From the NCBI GenBank assembly GCA_051546255.1, contig CP128816.1, positions 1,116,001 to 1,180,000 of the forward strand: a stretch of DNA of 64,000 bases, in the 5' to 3' direction. Positions 43,077 to 54,243 of the stretch are shown here, piece by piece. The first letter of the stretch is position 1. Every line of letters begins with the position of its first letter. The stretch comes from Meyerozyma guilliermondii. Taxonomy: Eukaryota. Below the pieces are notes generated by a model. It was not told the origin of the DNA. It made no database searches and saw nothing but the letters and a program-made list of their open reading frames with translations. The position numbers and the translations under genes are program-made.

Positions 43077-44990
43077 TTAGTTCGCTCTCTTTCTGGATTT
43101 TCTCTTCAAAGCACTCTTCTTACTCACCGTAAACTGTCCCCACCGTTGGGACCGTTTTTCCTTGGTAATGTAATCGCCAATTGCAGTGTCTCTCGTCAAA
43201 ACCACATATACAAGAAGACAAATAATTATCAACGTATTGAAGATGATTATTCTCTTGTGGAACCGGAGATCATTAGCCAACATTCCTAGCTTATAATTGG
43301 CGTCGCTTAAGCCTCCCCGATACCGGTTTTCTTGGTTTTGAAGGAGCATGGTTGCTTCTTTCTGTATTCGCTCATAAGCTTCCTTCATGATTTTCACCTG
43401 AGATAACATGGTGATATTAAAAGATTGTACTAGGTCATTGAAAGTCGAGGTTTGTCTTCTCTCCAAATTAGTAAATGCGGTAGATAGGAGCTTGCTTTGT
43501 TCCTCAATGTACAATAATGATAGGGTAGCATTCGACTCAAGCAATGATAATCGCTTCATGATATTCTTGTAGATTGACTCTTGCGTGGTAGCTGTTGTTT
43601 CAATAGTTTTCACTTCTCGATCAACAGCGACAGCTGCACAGTATTGGTCGGTGCCATTGATATCTTGAAGGAATTCGTGCAACAATAAATGAGGAAGTAT
43701 TACTCTGCACTCATCATCTCGTGTGCTATAATTGTTCAGATTTTGAGTGGTGATGTTAGCCACATCAGTAGCAATAGTAATATTCATTGAGGGTACTTGG
43801 TCAACACCCTTTTGTTCTTCCTTGAATTCCTCCATCATGGTTTTTCCGTGAACTCTCACCACGGAAATGGGACAGTAGAATTCGTTACCATAATGAGAAA
43901 CAATTTCAAGTTTCAAGTAACGGGCCCAAATAAGCGGATTTCTCACGGTGAAAACCTGAAGGTCTCGTACGTTTTCTGCCTCAAACTCACCCAACACTTC
44001 CCACTTTGTGGCAGGAAACTGGTCGGAAACAGAAATTCGGATGTCTTTGAACATTGAACTGAAAAATTCAAAATTACCCATCACTACTTCACTGACAAGA
44101 ATGTCCTGACACAATTCGATAATGACATACTTGTTGGAAGACGAGCACTGGTTGAGCAAATATGAGTCCTTATTTTCGTGGAGAATGGCCAGTGCACCCT
44201 TTGCTTCGCTATTTGCTTTCATGATAGTGGCAGCGCAGTCCGAGGAAGCATAATTGAATTTTTTTTTGTAAACTCGGCCCTGATCTTCTTCCTGAGCAAT
44301 ATTGGAAGGGCTTGAATAAGTGGTATCCACGGTTGACGTATTAACTTTTGCAAGTGTATGTGAACTAAGCAGATCAGCGCTTGAAGCGGCACTGGCAGAA
44401 GAAGCACTTACCGATTCGGCGGCTGCTTCTTCCTGCTTCTGGCGCTTCCACTCTTCAAAAGACATGAATCGGCATTCGTCTATGTCTTCGTTTGTAATAT
44501 TAGACGAATTTTTGGAGACGGAAATGTTGGTGGGAACCTGGTGGTCGATCGATATTGAAGTATGTGAGTTTTGGGTTTCCAACTCAAGAAAGGTCGATGC
44601 CACCTCATCGGTTACACGCATCTCTACACCACTCGTGGGACTTGTGGACGACGGTCGTTGGAAAACATTACAGCCAGGGCCCGTGGTGCAAAATGGATAT
44701 GAAGGAGTAGGTATTAAACTATCAGGAAAACCAGTAGAAATTTGTGATGAAGCAATGGAGGTGATCTTCTCTATGAGATTAGTTGTTTTGGGTCGTATTT
44801 CTTTCGTTTCGATGTTTTTCAGATGAGATAGATGAGTATTAGAAACCAGGCCTGCTGTATTTGTTAAAGAATTAATGGTGGATTCATCCGTTTGGTTCAA
44901 TATTTGGCTCTCCAGGAGCAGTGTATCACCGCTTACGCACGTTAGACTCACGGCTGCCACGAGTAGAAACCACGCGCCTTTGCACCCCAT
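43077..44990 (-). CDS. SLP1: SUN-like ER membrane protein Slp1
   Basis: Signal peptide (MGCKGAWFLLVAAVSLTCVSG), SUN domain KFNYASSDCAA...ENKDSYLLN...IELCQDI...EFYCPISVVRVHGKTMMEEF, QESIYKNIMKRLSLLESNATLSLLYIEEQS and a C-terminal TM. Confidence 0.92.
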   Translation of the reverse strand: MGCKGAWFLLVAAVSLTCVSGDTLLLESQILNQTDESTINSLTNTAGLVSNTHLSHLKNIETKEIRPKTTNLIEKITSIASSQISTGFPDSLIPTPSYPFCTTGPGCNVFQRPSSTSPTSGVEMRVTDEVASTFLELETQNSHTSISIDHQVPTNISVSKNSSNITNEDIDECRFMSFEEWKRQKQEEAAAESVSASSASAASSADLLSSHTLAKVNTSTVDTTYSSPSNIAQEEDQGRVYKKKFNYASSDCAATIMKANSEAKGALAILHENKDSYLLNQCSSSNKYVIIELCQDILVSEVVMGNFEFFSSMFKDIRISVSDQFPATKWEVLGEFEAENVRDLQVFTVRNPLIWARYLKLEIVSHYGNEFYCPISVVRVHGKTMMEEFKEEQKGVDQVPSMNITIATDVANITTQNLNNYSTRDDECRVILPHLLLHEFLQDINGTDQYCAAVAVDREVKTIETTATTQESIYKNIMKRLSLLESNATLSLLYIEEQSKLLSTAFTNLERRQTSTFNDLVQSFNITMLSQVKIMKEAYERIQKEATMLLQNQENRYRGGLSDANYKLGMLANDLRFHKRIIIFNTLIIICLLVYVVLTRDTAIGDYITKEKRSQRWGQFTVSKKSALKRKSRKRAN

Positions 44991-45094
44991 GTCGTTGGTG
45001 AGGAAGTAGTGGAGCTTCTCGGTGATCTTTCCTGCACAACTTGAGTATTCGCGCAGAGCGAGGAAAAGCCGTGCCATATCACCATCTACCCACA

Positions 45095-46279
45095 ATGATC
45101 AAGACATTCCCGCTCAGTTCCCGGGCTAAAACCACCGCTTTGAAACAGCCCAAGGAGCTCTTTTGCTACTCGAGAGACATAAATGGTGCCTACGAGTACG
45201 ACACTGATAAGGCAGTTACCCAATTGAGCCACTACTATTTTCCAGATGCTGAAATAGATAAAGGTGTGGATTTAGGAGCAGGCTATAAAGACTTCAAGAA
45301 GATCCCAGAAGCTGAGAACTTGGGAGATTTTGAATCGCTTTTGAAAAGTATCTTACAACATGAAAAGAAAACTGGTGAAAAAGTGTCGGCAGACATCGTT
45401 ACGTTTCGAGGACTTATGACAAAGCTTTTGGCACTTCCTTACAATTTGAAAGATCCAATAAACTTGTATGCCGCCGTCTTTGATGGGCAAATCTTCATCA
45501 AGAACGACGACGAATTGGAGTTGAAAAGACGTCAGTCACAACCATCGGATCCTACAAAGAAAGACTATATGGACCGATGTGAATATTCCGGCTACAAGTT
45601 CGAGGCGGTAACAACATTACCCAAACCATGGGCAGAGTGCTCAAGGCTGGAAATTGAAAAGAGAAATATTCGGGTTGTCAATAATTATGAACAGTTTATA
45701 TCGGTGGTGCGAACCGGTATCGGCAAAGTCAAGCTTTTATTGGCAGGTGAAGTCGATTGTTTATGGGACTACCGTCCACAAGATGGCAAAAAGGATCCTC
45801 TTCCTCATTACGTGGAGCTCAAGACTTCAAGAGTCATAGAAACTCCTGGTAACATTGTCACTTTTGAGCGAAAATTGTTTAAAACTTGGGCACAAAGTTT
45901 TTTAATAGGGATCCGCAAGATTGTTTATGGGTTCCGAGACGACAATCTTATTTTGAGGTGTGTGGAAATGTACTCAACAGAGGAGATACCGATTTTGCTC
46001 AAAAAAAATCAGGTTACTGAACCCAGTAAGAAAATAGTATGCATGAATGCTCTCAAATGGTACGGAGCCGTTGTCGAATGGCTCACAGAAGTGATACCCA
46101 CAAACGAAAATGGGGCGTATCGTATAAGTTATGACCCGGGATCACGTTCTTTTTCAGTCGCTGAATTGATTGGAGATGAAAAATCAAAGGCACAAGCTAT
46201 GATTACTAGCGAGTTTAAAGACTGGCGAAAAGAGCTTTCAGAAAAAGAGAAGGAAGTGAATGACGAGAAGGAAGAATAA
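45095..46279 (+). CDS. RAI1: Decapping/pyrophosphohydrolase Rai1 (Rat1 partner)
   Basis: TTALKQPKELFCYSRD, DIVTFRGLMTKL, YSGYKFE, GEVDC, YVELKTS and KLFKTWAQSFLIGI. ATG at 45095. Confidence 0.95.
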   Translation: MIKTFPLSSRAKTTALKQPKELFCYSRDINGAYEYDTDKAVTQLSHYYFPDAEIDKGVDLGAGYKDFKKIPEAENLGDFESLLKSILQHEKKTGEKVSADIVTFRGLMTKLLALPYNLKDPINLYAAVFDGQIFIKNDDELELKRRQSQPSDPTKKDYMDRCEYSGYKFEAVTTLPKPWAECSRLEIEKRNIRVVNNYEQFISVVRTGIGKVKLLLAGEVDCLWDYRPQDGKKDPLPHYVELKTSRVIETPGNIVTFERKLFKTWAQSFLIGIRKIVYGFRDDNLILRCVEMYSTEEIPILLKKNQVTEPSKKIVCMNALKWYGAVVEWLTEVIPTNENGAYRISYDPGSRSFSVAELIGDEKSKAQAMITSEFKDWRKELSEKEKEVNDEKEE

Positions 46280-46441
46280 GTAATAGAAGTGTATCGAGAA
46301 TTAGAGGAGTAAGTGAGGTTTCTGAAGAGAAAGCACGGCTGCAAATTGCAAAAAATGCAAAAAATGCAATTAATTATATTCCGGCCATTTCACTTCCTGC
46401 CTATGAAACACCATGCATCACCATGCCTTTCTGGCCATCAC

Positions 46442-46896
46442 CCAATTATCAGGTACCACATGGCCAATCACCAAATAAATGTCTCACATATGTCTCACCA
46501 CTTAAACGCAACGGGTGCGGGAGGAGCCGTCACGTGACACGGGGATATCGCGCTCCCCCACACGAAAGCACCGAGGTGCGAAAAAGAGATATGACATTCA
46601 CCAATAATTGATTGATTATTTAAAGAGCTACACAATTCAATTGACCTCGACACATCCATTCTTCATCTCGTGTCCTTGTATATTTACTTCATCTTTCAAA
46701 ACTTAAAGTTAATTTCAAATTTTCACACTCCCCTCACCCCGATAATCCGCTGATACATCCGCGGTCTGGCCAGAACCAGCCAATCATTCGCAGTGGTTAT
46801 TAATCAAGTGCAGGTCTGGACCCCATGAATTTGCTTACATTACACAAAACCCCGTATTTGACAGCCGATTCTCCAACCCCGCTCGTGGTATATAAG
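46442..46896 (+). promoter_or_regulatory. Catalase promoter: four CCAAT boxes, a Cbf1 palindrome, an STRE and a TATA box
   Basis: CCAAT at 46442, 46464, 46601 and 46780; GTCACGTGAC at 46529-46538; CCCCT at 46730; TATATAAG at 46889. Confidence 0.5.
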
Positions 46897-46937
46897 AGGG
46901 GGCCCGATTCTAATTTAGCCACTAATAATCTCATAAA

Positions 46938-48395
46938 ATGGCTCCAACCTTTACGAATTCTAATGGATGTCCCATCCCAGAACCTTTTGCTACCCAACGT
47001 GTGGGTAAGCATGGTCCATTATTGCTCCAAGACTTCAACTTGATTGACTCCTTGGCTCATTTTGACAGAGAAAGAATTCCTGAAAGAGTTGTTCACGCCA
47101 AAGGATCTGGTGCTTACGGATACTTTGAGGTGACCGATGACATCACCGATATCTGTGGAGCCAAGTTCTTGGACACAGTTGGTAAGAAAACCAAGATTTT
47201 CACCAGATTCTCCACCGTTGGTGGTGAGATGGGTTCGGCTGATACCGCCAGAGATCCAAGAGGTTTTGCCACCAAATTTTACACCGAAGAGGGTAATTTG
47301 GACTTGGTTTACAACAACACTCCTGTGTTTTTCATCAGAGATCCTTCCAAGTTCCCCCACTTTATTCACACCCAAAAGAGAAACCCAGAAACCCACTTGA
47401 AGGATGCTAACATGTTCTGGGATTACTTGACCACCAACTACGAGGCAATTCATCAGGTAATGGTCTTGTTCTCTGACCGTGGTACCCCAGCTTCTTATCG
47501 TGAAATGAACGGTTACTCGGGTCACACTTACAAATGGTCTAACAAAAAGGGTGAATGGTTCTACGTTCAAGTCCACTTCATATCTGACCAAGGTATCAAG
47601 ACCTTGACCAACGAGGAAGCGGGTGAATTGGCAGGCTCCAACCCAGACTATGCTCAAGAGGATTTGTTCAAGAACATTGCTGCTGGTAACCACCCATCGT
47701 GGACTTGTTACGTTCAAACCATGACCGCTGAGCAGGCCAAGAAAGCACCATTCTCGGTGTTTGACTTGACTAAGGTTTGGCCTCACAAGGACTACCCTAT
47801 GAGAAGATTCGGTAAATTTGTGTTGAACGAAAACCCAAAGAACTACTTTGCCGAGGTTGAACAAGCTGCTTTCTCTCCAGCTCACACCGTTCCTTACATG
47901 GAGGCATCTGCCGACCCAGTGTTGCAATCTAGATTGTTCTCTTACGCTGACACTCACAGACACAGATTGGGTACTAACTACACTCAAATCCCTGTTAACT
48001 GTCCTGTTACCGGTGCTGTATTCAACCCTCACATGAGAGATGGTGGAATGAACGTTAATGGTAACTTGGGAGCTCACCCCAACTACTTGGCTACTTCTCA
48101 CCCAGTGGAATTCAAGCAATTCTCTTTGCAAGAAGAACAAGAAGTTTGGGAAGGTGCTGCTTGTCCATTCCACTGGAAGGCTACTGACGATGAGTACAAG
48201 CAGGCATCTGATTTGTACAAGGTTATGGAAAGATATCCTAATGCTCAAGCTCACTTGGCTCACAATGTTGCTGTCCATGTTCAAGCTGCTGACCCTCACA
48301 TTCAAGACAGAGTGTTTGAAATGTTCTCCAAGGTGAATGGTGAGTTGGGAGCTGCCATCAAGAAGGAGACTTTACAATTAAGTCCAAGAAAGTGA
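46938..48395 (+). CDS. CTA1: Monofunctional heme catalase (Cta1/Cat1 type)
   Basis: FDRERIPERVVHAKGSGA, RDPRGFATKFYT, RLFSYADTHRHRLG and C-terminal LSPRK as in Candida catalases. Strong codon bias. Confidence 0.97.
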   Translation: MAPTFTNSNGCPIPEPFATQRVGKHGPLLLQDFNLIDSLAHFDRERIPERVVHAKGSGAYGYFEVTDDITDICGAKFLDTVGKKTKIFTRFSTVGGEMGSADTARDPRGFATKFYTEEGNLDLVYNNTPVFFIRDPSKFPHFIHTQKRNPETHLKDANMFWDYLTTNYEAIHQVMVLFSDRGTPASYREMNGYSGHTYKWSNKKGEWFYVQVHFISDQGIKTLTNEEAGELAGSNPDYAQEDLFKNIAAGNHPSWTCYVQTMTAEQAKKAPFSVFDLTKVWPHKDYPMRRFGKFVLNENPKNYFAEVEQAAFSPAHTVPYMEASADPVLQSRLFSYADTHRHRLGTNYTQIPVNCPVTGAVFNPHMRDGGMNVNGNLGAHPNYLATSHPVEFKQFSLQEEQEVWEGAACPFHWKATDDEYKQASDLYKVMERYPNAQAHLAHNVAVHVQAADPHIQDRVFEMFSKVNGELGAAIKKETLQLSPRK

Positions 48396-49369
48396 TTTCG
48401 ATAATAAAATGAATATTTATTGAGTATATGTTTTTCAAAATGAAATGTAGTTACAACTTTGTGGTGTTACAAGATGCACACAGGCAGCTGCTACCGCATT
48501 TGCATGACGCACCACAACAACTGTTTCCGCTGCCAGAGCTGGTAGATGTTGAATTTGGACCGCACATTAAAGATGATGAGGCATATCACCACTTTTATAC
48601 ATTTGTAGATAGCGCCGGATCAGCATACCTAATCCGGAAGTCGCACGCGACGGGATTCGGGCAAGCGACTGTATCTCTGGACCGACTTCGAGGACTGTAC
48701 ATAGGGTACGGCACACAGCAAAGTCAGCGGATGCAACCAAACACCACGGCAGAGTCAAATTTTCACTTTTTGAAAATAGAGAAGCCATAAGCAGCGTGAC
48801 GCATCTTACTGTACTATTCTAAGCCTGCAACTCATTTTCACAGGTCATTCCGATTCTAAGCCTTGTTTGTTGTAGTTCCTGCATAAGCCCGAATCGCGAA
48901 ATCGGAATCGCAATTTTCCAAAACGAGTAATTCTAGGGCAGTCTGAAACGAGGTATCAAAAGTTATCAACAACACAGAAGAGTCAGCGTTTGGCTACCAG
49001 GTCTTCGGGATAACATAAACTCCACCGAAAGCATTGTATTCCTCGATCAAACCTTATTTTGCTGGTAGTAAATACCAGCGATCTGTTTCGTTGAGTCACG
49101 TGACCTACACAATGCTATTTCAGGGCAGTGACAGATTGTGAACGTTGGTGCGAAACAATCAGGTGTAGCTACTCAGCCATGAACAAGCGGGGATGTGCAG
49201 GATATTACGTAGTTAATCTCATGTAGGTACGGTAAACACGCTGCTTGCAGCGGCAGGTTCCAGCAAGTTATTGACACATATGATTGCGAACCCTTGCATA
49301 TGGTCGATTTTCTCGAGGTATATAAGAAAGAGGATATTTTCAATTTAATCATTATCAAAAAATATCGAA

Positions 49370-49951
49370 ATGGGTTTGAACGCAATTAACTACGCTGTAT
49401 CTGATGTCGTTGGAGGCGCTAATTCTCTTGCTGCGGGCGCTGGGTCTATTGCTGGTGCCGCTCAAAGTGCAATTGGTGGAGCTGGAGGAGATGCTGCAAG
49501 CGCTGTGAAAAGTGTTGGTGCAGAAGCAACTGGCCTTGCTAATTCTGCCAAATCTGGTGCTGCTTCTGCCACCAGTGGTGCTATGACTGCCATGAGCGAG
49601 GCTTCTGGTGCGAAATCTGCCCTTGAATCAAAGACTTCTATGATGCCTGAGTCTGCGATGTCTGGAATGTCTTCTATGATGCCAGACTCTAGTTCCGATA
49701 TGATGTCAGACGAGTCTGGTTCGTCCGCACTGGAAGGTTCCGGATCTGAATCTTCCGGATCTGGATCTGGATCTGATTCATCTGCATCATCTGGATCTTC
49801 TGGTTCATCTGGTTCTTCTTCTGAATCTTCTGGATCATCTTCTTCCGGATCTTCCTCTGGTGGTAATGCTCTCTACCAAGGTGGTTCGTGGAAGAAAGCT
49901 GCAGCTGTTGCCGGAGTCGTTGGTTTCAGTTTCATCTTCAATGTTATGTAG
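49370..49951 (+). CDS. Small Ser/Gly/Ala-rich protein with a C-terminal hydrophobic anchor (GPI-like or tail anchor)
   Basis: 193-aa ORF with TATATAAG about 50 bp upstream and an A-rich start context. Low-complexity body, ending SSGGNA...AAAVAGVVGFSFIFNVM. Confidence 0.75.
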   Translation: MGLNAINYAVSDVVGGANSLAAGAGSIAGAAQSAIGGAGGDAASAVKSVGAEATGLANSAKSGAASATSGAMTAMSEASGAKSALESKTSMMPESAMSGMSSMMPDSSSDMMSDESGSSALEGSGSESSGSGSGSDSSASSGSSGSSGSSSESSGSSSSGSSSGGNALYQGGSWKKAAAVAGVVGFSFIFNVM

Positions 49952-50088
49952 TAATGCTTGTATGTTAGGTAAAAGTTAGGGAAAATAAAAATAAAGGAAA
50001 GAAATGAATGAAAAATAGTTCTTGGTTGCAGCCATTTCGCAGCTTCGCAGCTTTCTCAGCTTTTTCGCATCTCACTTTACAATCAACC

Positions 50089-50970
50089 ATGCTAAAACGA
50101 CCTGCTAGGCTCCAAGTGGACCCCGAAACCATTACAGATGACGATAAACCGCCTCAAACTGGTACAGTGTTCAATATCTGGTATCTCAAATGGTCTGGAG
50201 GCGATAACACTAGAAATCTCATCAAACTGAAATTTCGAGTCAACATCAAAAATGACACTGGATACACCAAGGCTGGTACCAATAGCCCAATATGCTTATT
50301 TTTCGCTCGTGGTTGCTGTTACCAGGGCCGCAAGTGCAATTATGCCCATAGAATACCGACAGACTTGGACTACTATCCTCCCACTCAAGACTGTTTTGGC
50401 CGCGATAAAACCGCCGATTACAAAGACGATATGACTGGAGTGGGTTCATTCAACAAAATCAACCGAACATTGTATGTAGCCGGCATCCATACTACCAAAA
50501 ATGTCGAGCTGGTACTCACAAGACATTTTGAAGAATTTGGAGCCATTGAAAAAATTAATGTTCTTCACGGCAAGGCATGTGCTTTCATCACATACAAATT
50601 GGAATCAGCAGCGCAGTTTGCAAAAGAAGCAATGCTCAACCAGTCGCTTGATCATGAAGAGATCTTAGATGTAAGGTGGGCTCGACCAGATCCTAATCCA
50701 GATGCTCAAAAGAAAGAGAAAAGACGATTAGAAGAATTAGCAGTTAATACGGTCCAAAACTTGTTGAAGGAAACGACACACAAGAGACAGAAACCTAGCG
50801 AGCCGGAAATCATAGAACCAGAGGAACCAGAGGAACCAACTAATGAACCTGAACCACAGCAACGACTCTTAGAATCAAAACCTTCATCTTTTTTTGGAAG
50901 TTCTATAATTGTCCCTACAAAAAAATCCACAAATCTACTTAGTGGATATTCCAGCGATGATGACGACTAG
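50089..50970 (+). CDS. CWC2: Splicing factor Cwc2 (CCCH zinc finger plus RRM)
   Basis: [58 protein letters not shown] and [10 protein letters not shown]. Confidence 0.95.
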   Translation: MLKRPARLQVDPETITDDDKPPQTGTVFNIWYLKWSGGDNTRNLIKLKFRVNIKNDTGYTKAGTNSPICLFFARGCCYQGRKCNYAHRIPTDLDYYPPTQDCFGRDKTADYKDDMTGVGSFNKINRTLYVAGIHTTKNVELVLTRHFEEFGAIEKINVLHGKACAFITYKLESAAQFAKEAMLNQSLDHEEILDVRWARPDPNPDAQKKEKRRLEELAVNTVQNLLKETTHKRQKPSEPEIIEPEEPEEPTNEPEPQQRLLESKPSSFFGSSIIVPTKKSTNLLSGYSSDDDD

Positions 50971-52694
50971 TCTTTGAGAGTTAGTGATTGAACAGCTGGG
51001 TGCCGTAACAACCAATCTGGGAGTCGCTTAGTTCCCTTGCTCAAAAAAGACTTCAAGTTCACCAAGATCTCCGAATCTCCATCATCAACAAATGACAAGC
51101 TAGCACCGGATTTCCCTGCTCGTCCGGTACGACCGATTCTATGTATATACTCATCAAATCGCTTGGGCATATGGTAGTTGACCACCAAGCTGACATTGGG
51201 AATGTCGATTCCTCGTGCTGCAACATCGGTAGCTATCAAGACATTGACCTTGTGTTCCCTGAAAGAAGCAATTGCCGACTCTCGAGCTTCTTGCGATTTA
51301 GAGCCATGGATAACAATGTTAGAACCAACATTCTGGTTGCTTAACTCTACCGAGAGTAGCTCACAAGTTCGCTTAAAGTTGGCAAAGATAATGATTAGTG
51401 GCTGTTCAGTTTCACGTATATGTTGTCGCAACGCCAGTATCATCTTGTTGGTTCTAGGTGCATTCAATTCTTCCTGGCTATCCACATTATCACCAAGGTA
51501 TTCGAACTTTTGGTTAATATTATCAACAATTTCTCCTGCGTCGCCAATGTAAAGGTAGGCAGGTGTTTGGAGATAATCTTTGGTGATTTTTTCGATTGGC
51601 GGTGATATCGTGGCCGTGAACATCAAGGTGATCCTGCTCTTTACCTTGAAGATGGTGCTATCCAAACCAAATCCAGAACTTGATGTCGAAGGTAAAAAGG
51701 AAAGAATTGATTGTAACGCTTTCTCAAATCCCATGTCGATCATTCTATCAGCTTCATCCATAGTTAAGTGGTAGCATTGACTGAGATCAATAAGTCCCTT
51801 TTCAGCCGAGTCTATAAGACGACCAGGAGTAGCTACTACAATATGAGCCCCATCTTGAACGGACTTTACCGTTTCTTCATATTGATGTCCTCCAATAATG
51901 GTGACAACGTTATAGCCCAAAACAGATGCAAATTTCTTGGCTTCTTTACTGATTTGAAGTGCCAATTCACGAGTCGGTGCTAGTACCAACCCCAATACTT
52001 TGTTCAAGTTGGACTCTTGCTTATGTTCCACCTCCATGTAGTCTTTGTCGATAGCTGACAAGTATGATAATAAGGGAATTAAGAACGCCAAAGTCTTTCC
52101 TGATCCTGTTTCAGCTATACCAACCACATCTCTATGCCCCAAAGCCGTGGGAATCGCAGCTCGTTGAATAGGAGTTGGTTCTTTGTATCCAAGTTGATCA
52201 ATAGTATTTAGTAAAGTAGTTGGAATTCCAGATTCTTTCCACGAACGAAGCGGATTGGGGATATTGTTCCCTTTGCACGTAATGCTAAAGTCCTCCTTGA
52301 AAATACGCCAATCCCTGCTTGTCATATCTTCAAGTTTTTTGTCCAGCCAGTGTTCTTCTGCGGGTAGAAAGTCGTTGTTCGATGTAGGGTAAGCCATCAT
52401 TGGCTCCAATTGAGAGGAGGTATCTTCTTCGTCGTCCCACTCAAAATTGAACCTTTTCTTTCGCTTTTTGTTGGCTGTTGAAGTGTCTTTTTGGTCCAAG
52501 ATAGTTTCTGGTTCTGATGGCAGACTTCGTTTGAGTGTATTGGTTTTACGCTTTAGTTCAGTTTTTTCTCGTTCTTCATCTTCTTTGGCTCTCTGGAGCT
52601 CAAGGCGCTTCTTTTTCGAAAGAAATTGAGGTTTTGCAAGTTTATGGTCTTGAGACCGTGATTTCAAGAGCTCAGCTGCATTTAATGGTCTCAT
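50967..52694 (-). CDS. PRP28: Spliceosomal DEAD-box helicase Prp28
   Basis: [60 protein letters not shown] and [13 protein letters not shown] at 52694. Confidence 0.95.
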   Translation of the reverse strand: MRPLNAAELLKSRSQDHKLAKPQFLSKKKRLELQRAKEDEEREKTELKRKTNTLKRSLPSEPETILDQKDTSTANKKRKKRFNFEWDDEEDTSSQLEPMMAYPTSNNDFLPAEEHWLDKKLEDMTSRDWRIFKEDFSITCKGNNIPNPLRSWKESGIPTTLLNTIDQLGYKEPTPIQRAAIPTALGHRDVVGIAETGSGKTLAFLIPLLSYLSAIDKDYMEVEHKQESNLNKVLGLVLAPTRELALQISKEAKKFASVLGYNVVTIIGGHQYEETVKSVQDGAHIVVATPGRLIDSAEKGLIDLSQCYHLTMDEADRMIDMGFEKALQSILSFLPSTSSSGFGLDSTIFKVKSRITLMFTATISPPIEKITKDYLQTPAYLYIGDAGEIVDNINQKFEYLGDNVDSQEELNAPRTNKMILALRQHIRETEQPLIIIFANFKRTCELLSVELSNQNVGSNIVIHGSKSQEARESAIASFREHKVNVLIATDVAARGIDIPNVSLVVNYHMPKRFDEYIHRIGRTGRAGKSGASLSFVDDGDSEILVNLKSFLSKGTKRLPDWLLRHPAVQSLTLKD

Positions 52695-52754
52695 GAAGAA
52701 AGATGCGAACAAAATTGAAAGATGTCCTTACATAACACAAATTGTTAATATGCT

Positions 52755-54185
52755 CTATATCGCTCTAGAGTACCGTATATACCCAAGCATCAACACAATA
52801 ACCAAAACACATAACCCTGACGTGATTTCAAACGTCAATCGGTAACATCCAGAACCTTTAGCACAGACATATTTGCCTAAATCTGCATCCCAATCATTAC
52901 TTTGCCAATCATAAACAGCTCCGAAAAGCTTCGTCATCAGAGTAAGACCAAACGTAGTACTGGTATACATGACTCCCCAAATGAAACTGTAGTTTTTCAT
53001 GTTAAACAAGTCTGCTACGATGGCAGGGAAGCTTGCAAACGAAAAGCCATAGGCATAGCCAATAAGACAAGAAACAGCCAGTAGTATAATATTGGCCTTG
53101 TGAAGGTTGTGTGTGATTTGTAGCAACGGCATTGTGTTTAACAAGTGTCCAGCAAGCATTAGTGATGTACCAAGAATTACAATCCAGTGACGTTGAGACC
53201 TCAATACTCGCACCAAGTAGTCAGACTGAGGGCCCGACAGAAGACGTCCCACGAAAGAAAAGATTGCAATCAATGATACATGCAAAACTTGAAGATTCTG
53301 CAAAGAAGGAACGCTAGTAGCGTCTTCATCCTTGCTGTAAGCATAATGGACAGCTTTCAACACATATCCGACAGAGTAGATATACATTTGTCCAAGGCCC
53401 TGCATTATAGCGAACATTGCATAATGATACCAAAAGATTGGACTTTCAAGGGTCTCCTTTATTCCTAGAGCCTTTAACCGGGTTACCGAAGGTCGGAGGG
53501 TTATTGATGTGGGAGTTTCCTCAGCAGTTAAGAGGGGTTCTGTTTCCTCCAGCGGGATCTTATCATGATGACCTTCCACTCTTATAAATAAAAATCCAAC
53601 GAACAACATGAGTCCACAGGACACATGCAAAAAGTAAAGAAACTGACCGGTGTCTCCCTTGAATAACTTGGAAGATATTGTCAGGTAGAGCAAACTAGAG
53701 ATAGCAAATGACGCGATGGTGACGCTTTGAGCTGAGCTGCGAAAGTTGGGAAACTCAAGTACAATGGCTTTTAAGCAGCTGAAATACCCGGATACTGAAC
53801 CAAGACCAACCAAGAACATAGCCACCAACAACTGGATCAAGATGTACGGTGCTCCAGGCATCATATACAACATATAGACCCATCGGTAACCCAAGGATAT
53901 GGTTAAGCAGCTGAATAATATCGGCATCTGAGTACCATATTTGTCGGTAATGACTCCACTAAGCAACCCTCCAAGAGCAGTACCTAGCGTAGCACTGATA
54001 TTGAGATTGGCTGTTTGCGATGCATCCAAATTACACTTATCGGCAAGTTGTGTGTTGTAAACGGAATAGACAAATAATGTACCGGTTGCAAGAGCCACAG
54101 GTACTGATGCTGCCAACATTATCCAAGAGTTAGTGTATGGCAAGTACACATTGATGCGTTTCAACGCATTGTGGATCAAAAGCAT
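52755..54185 (-). CDS. MCH1: MFS transporter, Mch1/nodulin-like
   Basis: About 12 TM segments with GTLFVYSVY, GLGQMYIYSVG, SFVGRL(S)(S)GPQSD, FGAVYD and C-terminal CAKGSGCY. Confidence 0.75.
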   Translation of the reverse strand: MLLIHNALKRINVYLPYTNSWIMLAASVPVALATGTLFVYSVYNTQLADKCNLDASQTANLNISATLGTALGGLLSGVITDKYGTQMPILFSCLTISLGYRWVYMLYMMPGAPYILIQLLVAMFLVGLGSVSGYFSCLKAIVLEFPNFRSSAQSVTIASFAISSLLYLTISSKLFKGDTGQFLYFLHVSCGLMLFVGFLFIRVEGHHDKIPLEETEPLLTAEETPTSITLRPSVTRLKALGIKETLESPIFWYHYAMFAIMQGLGQMYIYSVGYVLKAVHYAYSKDEDATSVPSLQNLQVLHVSLIAIFSFVGRLLSGPQSDYLVRVLRSQRHWIVILGTSLMLAGHLLNTMPLLQITHNLHKANIILLAVSCLIGYAYGFSFASFPAIVADLFNMKNYSFIWGVMYTSTTFGLTLMTKLFGAVYDWQSNDWDADLGKYVCAKGSGCYRLTFEITSGLCVLVIVLMLGYIRYSRAI

Positions 54186-54243
54186 CTAGATTTGCTGATC
54201 GGAGATGGTGATACGAATGCGAATGTATGCAAGGAACCGGTGC

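Noticed and set aside
44991..45094. Apparent head-to-head overlap of the SLP1 and RAI1 ORFs in the track
   Set aside because: An artefact of extending ORFs to the most upstream possible start. The likely starts (44990 and 45095) leave a 104-bp divergent promoter.
47019..48305. 428-aa antisense ORF inside catalase
   Set aside because: It mirrors a highly codon-biased gene in the same codon register, where avoidance of TTA/CTA/TCA removes antisense stops. It has no protein-like features.
48428..48790. 120-aa ORF after catalase
   Set aside because: It starts 32 bp after the catalase stop within its terminator region and has no recognisable motifs. It cannot be supported without expression data.
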